The notes: generated from the sequence alone by a model not told the origin. A DNA stretch of 64,000 nucleotides from Hormoscilla sp. (GCA_051439505.1 JBFRWI010000053.1:27865-91864); one strand, 5' to 3'. Counted from the first letter of the stretch, positions 8,405 to 18,968 are shown. Numbers and translations: made by a program.

Positions 8405-9751
8405 TTACCTTAACCCAACCTGTCTCAGACAAGTTTCAATCAACTCGGCAACTCCTGCCACTGGCAAAATCGGCGTCTCCAACCTTAACTCTAATTCCGC
8501 AACCGATCGATCGTCTAAAAACAGAGTATCCCCATGCTTCAGCATCAAAGATGGCAGCAAAATCCCATCTCCCAAATCTCGTCCTTGTAAACCTTGCAGC
8601 AAATCTGCACCCGTCAGCAACCCTGTCACGGTAATCTCCTGTCCCCAATATTGACTATTTAGGGCCACCAGATTGACCTCTAATCCTGCCACCTGATTTA
8701 ATTGTTCCACCAGGGGTTGAAATGCCTTTTCGACCGCATTGCCCACCACCCAAGTATACCGGCGCGGCGGTTCCACAGATGCAATCAATCGTTCATCAGC
8801 AATTTCCTGAAATTCTTGAATAAACAGGCGAATTGAACCCACACCATTCCCAATTTGGGGATAATCTTCATAATGGGATTCAGGTGGCAATTCTTCTCCA
8901 GCAATCAAAAACCACTCATCCGCTAACCAAACGACATTAGTTCCCATCTCCTGGCGGAATTCTGCCTGAAGCGCTTGTACTTGTGCGATCGCTTCCCGGG
9001 CCTTTTCGGGTGTGACAGGGATTAATTCATCATCAGGGGGGCGAAACTTAGTTAATCCCACTGGCACCACTGCTACAGATGCTACAGCGGGAATTTCACT
9101 TTCGTAGAATGATGCTAAATCTCGCAGAGTTATTTCCAGATGTTGACCGTCATTAATCCCAGGACAAACAACCACTTGCGCGTGAATTTGTAGCCGTCGT
9201 GCTTGAAACCACTCCAACTGTTGTAAAATTAATCCCGCCCGAGGATTTTTTAGCAAGCGACTTCGCACCGATGGTTCCGTTGCATGGACGGAAACATAGA
9301 GGGGAGATAGTCGCATCTGCTCAATTCTCTCCCATTCTCCCTGGGTAAGATTGGTTAAAGTCAAGTAACTCCCGTAAAGGAAACTCAGACGGTAATCATC
9401 ATCTTTCAGGTATAAACTTTCCCGCTTTCCGGGTGGTTGCTGGTCGATAAAGCAAAAAGGACAGCGGTTATTACATTGCATCAAGCCATCAAATAGGGCG
9501 GTTTCAAATTCCAACCCTAAGTCTTCATCGTAATCTTTCTCAATTTCAATTTGATGACTTTGACCCGCAGCATCTAATACTTCTAGTTCCAGGAATTCAT
9601 CCGCGCACAAAAACTGATAGTCAATCAAGTCCCGGGGCCGATCGCCGTTAATAGCCACGATCGCATCACCAGATGCAAAGCCAATTTCCGCCGCGATCGA
9701 TCCGGGCATAACTTTAGTAATCCTAGCAGGACGAATAGAAAGATTGCTCAT
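8405..9751 (-). CDS. TIGR03279-type radical SAM/FeS protein (PDZ + DUF512)
   Basis: Motifs CNNRCPFCF, KDDDYRLSF and YPQIGNGVG. Confidence 0.9.
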   Translation of the reverse strand: MSNLSIRPARITKVMPGSIAAEIGFASGDAIVAINGDRPRDLIDYQFLCADEFLELEVLDAAGQSHQIEIEKDYDEDLGLEFETALFDGLMQCNNRCPFCFIDQQPPGKRESLYLKDDDYRLSFLYGSYLTLTNLTQGEWERIEQMRLSPLYVSVHATEPSVRSRLLKNPRAGLILQQLEWFQARRLQIHAQVVVCPGINDGQHLEITLRDLASFYESEIPAVASVAVVPVGLTKFRPPDDELIPVTPEKAREAIAQVQALQAEFRQEMGTNVVWLADEWFLIAGEELPPESHYEDYPQIGNGVGSIRLFIQEFQEIADERLIASVEPPRRYTWVVGNAVEKAFQPLVEQLNQVAGLEVNLVALNSQYWGQEITVTGLLTGADLLQGLQGRDLGDGILLPSLMLKHGDTLFLDDRSVAELELRLETPILPVAGVAELIETCLRQVGLR

Positions 9752-9828
9752 TGTTAATTCTTCTTATTGTTCGTAGTAAGGACTTTAGTCCTTACCCTAC
9801 CGAAGCACTAAAAGCACTAAAGTGCTTA

Positions 9829-10770
9829 CTACAAACCAGTTGAGATTTGCCATCCCAGGATCGCCACCCCAAAGATCAGCCGATACAAGATAAAGATTAA
9901 GGTACTGCGAGATTGCAGGAAACGAATCAACCAGGCGATCGCCAGATAAGAGAAAACCCCCGAAGAGATCAAACCCACAATCAGGGGTATGAACCCAGCG
10001 CTACCCATGCCATCTTTGAGGACACCGACAAACTCAACCAACCCAGCTAAAGTAATCGCGGGAATGCCCAAGAGAAAGGAAAAACGAGCCGCCGTTGCCC
10101 GTTCTAAACCCATAAACAACCCCGCCGTGATCGTCGAACCAGACCGAGAAACGCCAGGGACGATCGCCATTGCTTGGGCCAATCCCATCGTGATCCCATC
10201 TTGCATACCCAGCTGCTCAAAATCGCCCTTGCGACTGCCAATGCGTTCGGCAACACCCAGCAAAATAGCCATCACAATTGAGGCGATCGCGATCGCCGGC
10301 AGACTCCGCAGAGGGGAATTATCGTAGTCAGGCACGAATATTTTAATCAGCAACCCGAAAAAGACGATCGGGATTGTGCCCAAACCAATGCCTAAAGCGA
10401 TCCGGAAATCCTGGGACTGATAATCCGATTTACCTATAGCAGAGACAACCCCCTTGGTCAGTTTACTCAAATCCCCCCAAAAATACCATAGCACAGCCGC
10501 AATACTTCCCAACTGAATCACAGCTGTAAAAGCAACACCCGGATCCCCCCATCCCAGGGCCACTGGCACCACTTTCAAATGTGCCGTACTGCTGATCGGT
10601 ATAAACTCCGTCATCCCTTGCACGAAACCTAAAACCGCAGCCTGAAATACATTCATCTGCGACATCTGTGAAGGAATTTCTTGACCGATCGCCTTTGTGG
10701 GCATCGTCAGTATAGCACTGACAACTGCTACCCCTGCGAATTTCAGCAATTTCTTTTTAGTAATCGACAT
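9829..10770 (-). CDS. uppP: Undecaprenyl-diphosphate phosphatase
   Basis: Motifs QGMTEFIPISSTAH and PGVSRSGSTI. Confidence 0.95.
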   Translation of the reverse strand: MSITKKKLLKFAGVAVVSAILTMPTKAIGQEIPSQMSQMNVFQAAVLGFVQGMTEFIPISSTAHLKVVPVALGWGDPGVAFTAVIQLGSIAAVLWYFWGDLSKLTKGVVSAIGKSDYQSQDFRIALGIGLGTIPIVFFGLLIKIFVPDYDNSPLRSLPAIAIASIVMAILLGVAERIGSRKGDFEQLGMQDGITMGLAQAMAIVPGVSRSGSTITAGLFMGLERATAARFSFLLGIPAITLAGLVEFVGVLKDGMGSAGFIPLIVGLISSGVFSYLAIAWLIRFLQSRSTLIFILYRLIFGVAILGWQISTGL

Positions 10771-10782
10771 GTTCCCTAAATA

Positions 10783-10860
10783 TTGTTAGTTGTTAGTTGT
10801 CAGTTGTTAATTGTTAGCTGTTAATTGTTAGTTCTACAATTTACAAGCTACAACTGACAA
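10783..10860. repeat. STRR-type 7-bp tandem repeats; others at 13481-13553, 16388-16418, 25443-25473, 30215-30255 and 34280-34308
   Basis: Direct heptamer runs: TTGTTAG, CTAATGG, TTCAAAA, ATTTTGA, GCAATTA and GGGAGAA. Confidence 0.85.
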
Positions 10861-11045
10861 TTTTTGTTGACTTAAGTAAAAACATGCAAGCAATAAATTA
10901 CTTTTACACAACATCTGGGCGATCGCTCCCCTGCCCCCACGACCATCACCGGTCCCCTATCCCCAACTGCTGGCTTTTGATGGCAATCATTGCCATATCT
11001 GATATATTAAGAAAGATGAAGTTAAGTAAAGAAAAATTAAAAGCA

Positions 11046-11771
11046 TTGTTTAACAACAGTTTTTTGTCTTATTTACCGCTGGAGAACTCCTCAGGTGGGA
11101 AATTATCTACCCTATTATGGGAAAAAATCGGCAGGGCTAGGGCTGGGCGGGTTTTCACGGCATCTGTGTTTCTAGTATGTGTGCCAGTATTTTTCCAGGC
11201 TCCATTGGTACGGCAACTGCCTTGGTTAAGTTTAGCAATGACATCTGGCATCGTCGGTGGGAGTATCCATCTGCTGGATCGTCAGTCAACTAGACTGTGG
11301 GGAGACTTACTGCTAGGATTTAGTTGGAGTTGGCTAGCCGGTTCCATATATTGGGGTTGGCTGCGCTGGGAACCCTTGTGGCATTTGCCGGTCGAAGCCA
11401 TCGGTCTGCCAGTGGTCATCTGGTGTCTTTGGCGTCGTTGGGCAATGGTAGGAAACCTATTTTACCTGGGTTCTCTATTGGGAACGGCGATCACAGATAT
11501 ATATTTCTATATTGTGGATTTGATTCCCCACTGGCGTCAGGTGATGCATGTGTCCCCAGAACTAGCAATGCCAGTTCTGCAAAGTGCGATCGCCCAGATC
11601 CAGACCCCTTGGGGAATCAGCTGGGCAGTAGTATTGAGTGTAATTCTCTTAGTTGCCGGGATTTTACCTCTGGGCACCAGGCAGCTACATTGGTGGGCAT
11701 TTAGCGGAGCTGTCTTGAGTACAATATTAGTAGACAGTTTGTTCTGGCTAGCCGCCTGCGCGATCGAGTGA
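11046..11771 (+). CDS. DUF3120-family membrane protein
   Basis: Motifs PVFFQAPLVR, WGDLLLGFSWSWLAGSIYWGW and GTAITD. The TTG start at 11046 is inferred; the ORF is open from 10884. Confidence 0.82.
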   Translation: MFNNSFLSYLPLENSSGGKLSTLLWEKIGRARAGRVFTASVFLVCVPVFFQAPLVRQLPWLSLAMTSGIVGGSIHLLDRQSTRLWGDLLLGFSWSWLAGSIYWGWLRWEPLWHLPVEAIGLPVVIWCLWRRWAMVGNLFYLGSLLGTAITDIYFYIVDLIPHWRQVMHVSPELAMPVLQSAIAQIQTPWGISWAVVLSVILLVAGILPLGTRQLHWWAFSGAVLSTILVDSLFWLAACAIE

Positions 11772-11861
11772 TTGCTCCCGAGACAGATGCCCACACAGAC
11801 CGAAATCTATATTTCAGGATGCATGAAGACTCCCATATTCTTCTTCGACTAAGCCTGCACC

Positions 11862-12839
11862 GTGAGTAAGATCAGCAATCCTCATTTAGTACTTCAGACA
11901 GAGTCAGGGAATCGCTATCTCCCCCTGGTTGGCAGTAATTGCTGGACCATAGGTCGGACCGATGACAACAATTTTGTCCTGCCAGACCCGTGGATTTCCC
12001 GCAACCACGCCATGCTGCAATACACCGAGACAGGTGAATTTTATCTGATCGATCTCGGCAGTCGCAACGGCTCCTTTGTCAATGGACGCCGAGTCGGCAT
12101 TCCGGTGACCTTGCGCAATGGCGATCTGCTTACCTTTGGTCAGACACAACTGAATTTCTACAGTCCCTCTGCCCAAAAGGATGATGCCTCTACCAGTCTA
12201 GACCATGCAGATTATAACGTCACAGCTACCTTGCATGTCCGTCGCTTAATCTCGGTGATGGTGGTGGATATCCGCAATTTTACCGGTCTGACTCAGCAAA
12301 TGAATGACGCTCTGCTCTCCACCATGATCGGTACCTGGTTCCGCAATGCTGGGGAAATAATTCGCACCGAAGGTAGCTGGGTGGATAAATATATTGGCGA
12401 TGCGATCATGGCCGTCTGGTTTCATGGCACCGAAGGAGTCAACTCAGAAGAGTTGATGAAGGTGTTCGGTGCTCTCAACAAGTTACACAAGATGACTCGG
12501 GATTTGGCCGATGACTATCCCGTGCCTTTTCCCTTGCAGATTGGCTCGGGCATTAATACCGGTTATGCTATGGTTGGCAATACGGGTAGTGGCGATCGCC
12601 CAGACTACACGGCCCTGGGAGATACGGTCAATGCTGCCTTTCGCCTGGAATCTTGCACGAAACAAATTAGTCGAGATGTTGCCCTAGGAAAAACTACCTA
12701 TCAATACCTCTCCAGCTTTGGCGTGGATCCAAAGATGTTCGAGCAGTTTACCGTTAACCTCAAGGGCTACGAGACGCCAACTTTAACCTATGCTTGCTCC
12801 TTTATTGAGTTGGATAGTTTTTTGCAAGGCCGGCCCTGA
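11862..12839 (+). CDS. FHA-domain class III adenylate cyclase (Cya1-like)
   Basis: FHA motifs IGR..SRNHA..SRNG; cyclase motifs VDIRNFT, DKYIGDA and GDTVNAAFRLE. Confidence 0.92.
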   Translation: MSKISNPHLVLQTESGNRYLPLVGSNCWTIGRTDDNNFVLPDPWISRNHAMLQYTETGEFYLIDLGSRNGSFVNGRRVGIPVTLRNGDLLTFGQTQLNFYSPSAQKDDASTSLDHADYNVTATLHVRRLISVMVVDIRNFTGLTQQMNDALLSTMIGTWFRNAGEIIRTEGSWVDKYIGDAIMAVWFHGTEGVNSEELMKVFGALNKLHKMTRDLADDYPVPFPLQIGSGINTGYAMVGNTGSGDRPDYTALGDTVNAAFRLESCTKQISRDVALGKTTYQYLSSFGVDPKMFEQFTVNLKGYETPTLTYACSFIELDSFLQGRP

Positions 12840-12937
12840 CTGCCTTCCCGATCGAAAAATTAAATAACACCGATAAAATGAAATAAAATGCTGTAGTCCA
12901 GTTAAAATACGCTCAAAAATTAGGTAGGAACGGAAAG

Positions 12938-13360
12938 ATGAAACGATTAATGCGCTTGTTGCCAGTATTTGTGCTGCTGTTGGCCTGCCTGGGAAATGTG
13001 CCCCGGGCCCAGGCGGCTAATTTAACCGAGCTGTTCTGGCCGTCATCGCCGGTGCTGGTGGCTGAAGCCCCAGTACGCAATGCGGCTGACGATAAGCTAG
13101 CAGAGATTAAAGATAAAACCGATTTGAACAACTCCCCTTTGCAAGCATTTAAAAAGTATCGCGGTTTTTACCCGAATCTGGCTCAGACAATCATTAACTA
13201 TGCCCCCTACGAGCAGGTAGAGGATGTTCTGAATATTCCGGGATTGAGCGATCGCCAGAAAAAAAAGCTGAAAAAGCACTTTGATGACTTCATAGTTACT
13301 AAGGTTGCGAAAGAATTAAACCAAGGGGGCGATCGCTTGAACAACGGCACCTACGATTAA
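12938..13360 (+). CDS. psbU: Photosystem II extrinsic protein PsbU
   Basis: Signal peptide, then motifs RNAADDKL, DLNN, GFYPNLA and GGDRLNNGTYD. Confidence 0.95.
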   Translation: MKRLMRLLPVFVLLLACLGNVPRAQAANLTELFWPSSPVLVAEAPVRNAADDKLAEIKDKTDLNNSPLQAFKKYRGFYPNLAQTIINYAPYEQVEDVLNIPGLSDRQKKKLKKHFDDFIVTKVAKELNQGGDRLNNGTYD

Positions 13361-14053
13361 GCCTTTATTCCCTCTCGCTCCCGCTGTCATAGCTGACCAT
13401 TAACAGTTTGTTTACACAGCCGCACTTTCTTCCACTAAAGACTTTTTGTCCTAGGGGAGCCGGTGCGGCTGTAATTTATGGGCTAATGGCTAATTGCTAA
13501 TTGCTAATGGCTAATGGCTAATGGTTAATGGCTAATGGCTAATGGCTAATGGCACCAGTTGGTTGTTGTTGGCCACACCCGCTAATGACAGTGGGTGCGG
13601 CCCACCCCTACTATGTGATTTACTTAAATTAGATATATATTTAAAACCACAGCTAATTCGCTGTGGCTATCTGGTTTATTTTTATTACTTTGAGATCGCA
13701 CCCGATCGCAACTCTTGCTTTCATCGCCGTTTTACTCAATTTTCATAGCGCCTTAACCACCAATAGTAACTACTTAATTATTTCGGTGATTTCCGGATAT
13801 ATTGTCCCTGAGTCGGGTTCGCTCTGAACTACTGAGGCGGCGAATTTATTGACTATGGAAACGTCCTGAAAGTTGTAATGGCCGGAAATTAGAGCTAAGG
13901 CGATCGTCAGGCCGATCGCATGCAGGACAGCCGAACTTTTCGATAATGAGCCAGTCATAGCAGTTGCACCTCAAACGTTGATATATCTGTTATCACATTT
14001 TTGTGGCCATTGCTGCTGTGACCGTTCCTTCCCCCTTCCGTGATTTTTCTCAC

Positions 14054-14998
14054 TCACCTCACCGGTTGTTCCCGTGGGAGAAAGTCGCGCGGTCCCGTAT
14101 ATCCAGACAAATCAGCCAGTTCGGACAAAGGTCGGACCCCTGGGTATAATTGGCCGTTGATTTCCCAAGTCGGAAAACCCGCTATCCCCACCTTTTTGCA
14201 GAGTTCTGTCTGGGAAGAAAGTCCATCGGGCGCACATTCTATATAGTTGAGCATACTGGCGGCCTCCGAACCAAACAGTTGTTTCTGCTCGTGGCAGTGG
14301 GGACACCAGTAGGCACTATAATCTTTCGCCCCTACGCTTTTCAGATGACGCGCTAGCGCAATTTCTGCTGGTCCCGAAGTGGTAGTCACTATTGGCGGGG
14401 CCTTTCCGGCTGTGACTGTGGGATTTTGCTCGACTGTGGGATTATCAACGTTGGCATAGACCCCTAATGCCCCCACGAATGTCACCATACCCACTACAAC
14501 TCCCGTCAACAATAGCTGGCCGATGTCTTCCCAAGCGTGACCGATCGAGGTCACGACCAACATGCTTACAGACAATAAAGCTGAGACAACGCAGTAAGGA
14601 CAGAAAGCTTCAATCTGGAAGGCCATGATATACATGAGGTAGCCGCTACCCACCGCCATTGCCGTGGCCCCCCCAAACAGCACCAACCAAGTCCAGTCTT
14701 CCAGGTTAGAACGCAATTGTTTGTTTTTTTCTGGATTAACTAGCAGGGGCGCGATCGCCATGAGGGCCATGGTACTGTAGCCTAAAAGGCCAAATAGGGT
14801 TAAGGGCAATCCCAAAACTGTGGCATAGGGACTGGAAAGGACTTCTTTGCAGCCGGTGGTCGGGCAGAAAGAAGCGGCACTTCCCGTCAGTTCTGCTATT
14901 GTCAGAAAGGCTGTTTCTAAGGCTCCGATTGTGGCGATCGCCCCTAGCAGCGGACGCGACCAACGATGCATTGGGTTTGTCGAACGACTCCGTTTCAT
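14054..14998 (-). CDS. VKOR-thioredoxin fusion (cyanobacterial DsbAB-type)
   Basis: VKOR motifs CPTTGC and CPYC; thioredoxin-like AYWCPHC. Confidence 0.93.
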   Translation of the reverse strand: MKRSRSTNPMHRWSRPLLGAIATIGALETAFLTIAELTGSAASFCPTTGCKEVLSSPYATVLGLPLTLFGLLGYSTMALMAIAPLLVNPEKNKQLRSNLEDWTWLVLFGGATAMAVGSGYLMYIMAFQIEAFCPYCVVSALLSVSMLVVTSIGHAWEDIGQLLLTGVVVGMVTFVGALGVYANVDNPTVEQNPTVTAGKAPPIVTTTSGPAEIALARHLKSVGAKDYSAYWCPHCHEQKQLFGSEAASMLNYIECAPDGLSSQTELCKKVGIAGFPTWEINGQLYPGVRPLSELADLSGYTGPRDFLPREQPVR

Positions 14999-15007
14999 AA
15001 TCCTCTC

Positions 15008-15517
15008 CTAAAACTCTCGCGATCCCTGGTAGCCTGATAGATCGGCTAGTTTTTCCAGAGATTGGGTGCCCCTGTATAATTGGCCTTTGATTTGCCAGGT
15101 AGGATATGCATCTATCTGGGCTGCTTGCCAGACCTCTGCTTGGCGATCCCAATGACCATTAGGCGAACATTCTATATAGGAGATCGCCGCGATCGCCTGT
15201 TTGCCAAACATTTGCTTTTGCTGATGGCAGTGATGGCACCAATATGCGCCATACATCTTGGCTCCTACCTGGGTGAGATGTTGGGCCAGGGCTATTTTAG
15301 CAGGACTTGAGGTTCTCCTAATGGGTTTTCCTCTATATCTAGAAGAGGATGCCACCGCCGGCACCCCTACAGTCTTTTCCCATACTACTGTACCGCCCAG
15401 GACGATCGTCCCAAGGGCGATCGCGCCTATCAAAAGAGGAGAAGGTCGTTTCGGACATGGCGAGATTGGTGCGATTCGACAACTATGCTGTTTTAATCTG
15501 CCGCGCGGCTTCGACAA
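15008..15517 (-). CDS. Stand-alone thioredoxin-like paralog of the VKOR C-terminal domain (start uncertain)
   Basis: Motifs MYGAYWCHHCHQQKQMFG, YIEC and YPTW, with an N-terminal hydrophobic helix. Confidence 0.75.
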   Translation of the reverse strand: MSKPRGRLKQHSCRIAPISPCPKRPSPLLIGAIALGTIVLGGTVVWEKTVGVPAVASSSRYRGKPIRRTSSPAKIALAQHLTQVGAKMYGAYWCHHCHQQKQMFGKQAIAAISYIECSPNGHWDRQAEVWQAAQIDAYPTWQIKGQLYRGTQSLEKLADLSGYQGSREF

Positions 15518-16289
15518 ACTGACTGACTCGGATCGGATCGATCGGTTGGTCGATTTGACCGTGCCGCTTCAGGGAACTGGAAACTATCACTCCGTCTGCT
15601 GCTGCCATCAGGGTAGAAATATTTTCCCAGTTCGCCCCACTGCCGACGAACACCGGGGTGCCTTTTGCCGCTGCATGTGCTACTTCCAAGTCTGACTGAC
15701 TCGGCGGGCTGCCGGTTGTCTGGCCGGAGATAATCACTCCATCTGCTAAACCCCGCTCGATCGTTTCTTGTACCGCTGCGGTCAAGTTCGGCGTACCCAA
15801 GGGCAGAGCGTGCTTGACCAATACATCGGCGATAATTTTCACCTCACTGCCTAGTTCTCGCCGGTAGCGCAGCAGTTGATGGGCAAGTCCCTCAATTAAA
15901 CCTTGGTCCGTGGCCATGACGCCAGTCAGGACGTTGACGCGGATGAAGGACGCATTTACACAGGAGGCGATCGCCATGGCACTGCGAGCATCATTGCGCA
16001 GCATGTTGATGCCTATTGGCAGACTCACCAAGTTCATCAGTCGCATCACTATCATCGTCATCGCGCTCACTACCGCCGGGTCCACCCTCTCCTTGGCAAA
16101 AGGCGCATCAAAAAAGTTCTCTACAATGATTGCGTCTACCCCACCTGAGGCTAATGCCGCCGCCTCTTGCTCGGCCCTCGCTATCACCGCTTTCAGGTCT
16201 CCTGACCACCGGGCCGAGGTGGGTAGAGGCTGTAAATGTACCACACCAATAATCGGGTGTACTGTGTTAAAGGTCTCAGTCAAATCCAT
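15483..16289 (-). CDS. btpA: Photosystem I biogenesis protein BtpA
   Basis: Motifs IIGVVHL.PLP, ENFFDAPF and DVLVKHA; start placed at MDLTETF (16289). Confidence 0.93.
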   Translation of the reverse strand: MDLTETFNTVHPIIGVVHLQPLPTSARWSGDLKAVIARAEQEAAALASGGVDAIIVENFFDAPFAKERVDPAVVSAMTMIVMRLMNLVSLPIGINMLRNDARSAMAIASCVNASFIRVNVLTGVMATDQGLIEGLAHQLLRYRRELGSEVKIIADVLVKHALPLGTPNLTAAVQETIERGLADGVIISGQTTGSPPSQSDLEVAHAAAKGTPVFVGSGANWENISTLMAAADGVIVSSSLKRHGQIDQPIDPIRVSQFVEAARQIKTA

Positions 16290-16425
16290 CTTTATGCTAT
16301 AGCGTGCGAGGCTCTCTGTGGTCCTCTCATTCTTAACCAGGGCGATCGCCCAGCTATCAATATTCTCATGGGACGACCTCCTCAGCAATTCAAAATTCAA
16401 AATTCAAAATTCAAAATTATGCAAT

Positions 16426-17814
16426 TCATTTAACATCGGCACCCAGAGGTATAGAGATGGAGAACTTCGTTCCCGACCCCGGTTCCGAGGAGCATGTCAA
16501 CTGACCCTGGTGTTTTTCTACTACAATCTCGTGGGCGATCGACAATCCCAAACCAGAGCCTTTCCCTACCGGTTTTGTAGTAAAGAAGGGGTCAAACATG
16601 CGTGTCTGGACTTCTTTGGGTATCTCCGGACCGTTATTACTAATAGTAATCAGCACCGCCCTTGTCTCTTCTACAGGTAATTCAGTTTTGATGGTAATGA
16701 CTCGCGGTCCTACTTTGTTTTCTAGCGCGTCAATTGCATTCGTAAGAATATTCATAAACACTTGATTTAACTCGCTGGCATGGCATGATACTAGGGGCAG
16801 TTTGCCATATTCTTTAATTATCGCAATCTCAGGACTCACTTCGTGCAGTCTGTGTTGCAAAATCAGTAAAGTGCTGTCAATTCCAGAATGAATATCGACG
16901 GACTTGAGCTGAGATTCATCCAAGCGCGAGAAATTCCGCAGAGACAGGACAATATCCTTGATTCTCGCGGTCCCCTCCTGCATTGAAGCCAGCATTTTGG
17001 GCAAATCTTCTATTAGAAAATCTAGATCGATCTGGGCCACTGCTGCTTGGATTTCTGCTACTGGATTGGGATAATACTGGGCATATAGTTGTAGCAGGTA
17101 CAGCATTTCTTGCATGTATTCATTACTGTGGATTAGATTCCCATGAATGAAGTTGATCGGGTTGTTGATTTCATGGGCCACACCTGCCACCATTTGCCCT
17201 AAACTCGACATTTTTTCACTCTGCACTAATTGCGCTTGAGTCCGTTTTAGCCTTGACAGGGCCTGTTCCAGTTCTTGAGTCTGTTCTCGCAATAAAGCTT
17301 CCGATCGCCGCAGGGCTTCTTCTACCCGCTTGCGTTCGGTGATGTCAAATCTGATGGCTAAATATTGGTACGGTTTCCCTTTTTCATCCACAAAGGGGAC
17401 GATCGTGGTATCGACCCAATAATATGTCCCATCTTTGGCTCTATTCTTGATTTCCCCTTTCCATACTTTACCCCCTTTGATTGTAGACCACAACTGCGCG
17501 AAAAATTCTTGGGTATGATGACCTGATTTCAGCACCTTGTGGGTTTTACCGATCAGTTCCGATCTGCTATATTTGGAAATCTCGCAAAATTTATCGTTGA
17601 CATCACTTATAATTCCTTTCTCATCTGTGATCGCTAAGATCGCCGCTCGATCTAAGGCATATTTTACATCTGATAATTCTTTGGCTATTTCCCCTACTCT
17701 TTTATCCAGATGTTGGCGCTCCGCGATCGCCTGTCCGTAGCCCATTATACTGCTTGCATCCAGCTTTGACCACATTGACTGTTCCTGCATCCGAGTTGCT
17801 TCCCTCATCTCCAT
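16426..17814 (-). CDS. PAS sensor histidine kinase
   Basis: PAS/PAC domain, AHEINNP H-box and FFTTKPVGKGSGLGL. Confidence 0.93.
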   Translation of the reverse strand: MEMREATRMQEQSMWSKLDASSIMGYGQAIAERQHLDKRVGEIAKELSDVKYALDRAAILAITDEKGIISDVNDKFCEISKYSRSELIGKTHKVLKSGHHTQEFFAQLWSTIKGGKVWKGEIKNRAKDGTYYWVDTTIVPFVDEKGKPYQYLAIRFDITERKRVEEALRRSEALLREQTQELEQALSRLKRTQAQLVQSEKMSSLGQMVAGVAHEINNPINFIHGNLIHSNEYMQEMLYLLQLYAQYYPNPVAEIQAAVAQIDLDFLIEDLPKMLASMQEGTARIKDIVLSLRNFSRLDESQLKSVDIHSGIDSTLLILQHRLHEVSPEIAIIKEYGKLPLVSCHASELNQVFMNILTNAIDALENKVGPRVITIKTELPVEETRAVLITISNNGPEIPKEVQTRMFDPFFTTKPVGKGSGLGLSIAHEIVVEKHQGQLTCSSEPGSGTKFSISIPLGADVK

Positions 17815-18106
17815 AGCCTTCTCTAGTTCCCTCCTATTCTATACTCTCTCTCTTCTGTTCGGTTTGATTTTTACTATTTTTTAGCAATCCTTAAGAAAAA
17901 TCCTTCTTGAGATATATTTCTTAATAATCTATCAAGCAATCGTTACAATCTGTAATGTCAACTTACCTTGGGTATTGTACAGTTTGAAATCCTGAGACCC
18001 TTATACCACAAGCATCAGCCTTTAGCTGATGGCAAAAAAGCTAACTGCTAATCAAGCTGCTCAGAGACTTGCGGTTTAATAATGTACCAATGATGGAACT
18101 CCTACA

Positions 18107-18765
18107 AACGTTTATATTACTGAATTTAACGTTTAGTTAGCCTAGCTTAACGTAAGTTTTACGCAAAAACAACGTTTGCTTAGCCTAGCTTAACGTAAGT
18201 TTCACCACAATAAACGTTTGCTTAGCCGTTTTTTACGTATATTTTCCTCCAATCAATGTTTAATTCGCCGATTTCGACATAAGTCTTACTTTAATTAACG
18301 GTTGCTTAGTCTATTCTAACGTAAATTTTACCCTAATAAACCTTTAATTAGCCGATTTTACGTATATTTTCCCTTAATCAATGTTTAATTAGCCGATTTT
18401 GACATAATTGTTACTTTAATCAAGGGTTGCTTAGTCTATTATAACGTAATTTTTACGCCAATAAACGTTTATTTAGCCAGTTTTACGTAACTTTCACACC
18501 AATCAAGGTTGAATTAACGGATTTTAACGTAAGCTTCACTCAGTTTAACGTTGAAGGAGCTGATTTTAACGTAAGTTTAACCAACCTCAACGTTTGGTTA
18601 GCTGATTTTAACGTAATGTTCACACAAATTAACGTTTGCTTAGCAGCTTTTGACGTAATGTTTCCCCAATAACAACGTTTGGTTAGCCCAAATCAACGTT
18701 TGTTTAACTCAGACAAATGCTCGTCTTGTCCAAATCAACGCTCGTCGAACCCAGACAAACGCTCT
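18107..18765. repeat. Array 2 of 21-bp units phased on AACGT, with alternating unit types (42-bp dimer)
   Basis: About 31 units alternating AACGTTTGSTTAGCCGATTTT-like and AACGTAAGTTTCACNCAAATC-like sequences. Confidence 0.92.
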
Positions 18766-18968
18766 CTACGACTCCAGTCGTGGGTCACAAATCCTGTAAA
18801 GGATACATTAACACTACTTGTGACCGGAGTTCATTGATTATACCGTCGTTCATTCAAATTGCTATGGCAGATCCGCCGAGATCCTTGTTCTCAGGCACTT
18901 TCCCAATGCAAGAATTGATTATATTAGATGTCCATGAATTGGTTTCACAATTGTGAATTGTGAATTCC

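Noticed and set aside
13770..13958. 62-aa ORF with a hydrophobic stretch
   Set aside because: It could be a small protein, but there is no recognisable family or other supporting evidence.
18107..18765. DGR template repeat (AAC-rich)
   Set aside because: There is no reverse transcriptase and no matching variable repeat differing only at adenines; the AAC triplets are strictly periodic.
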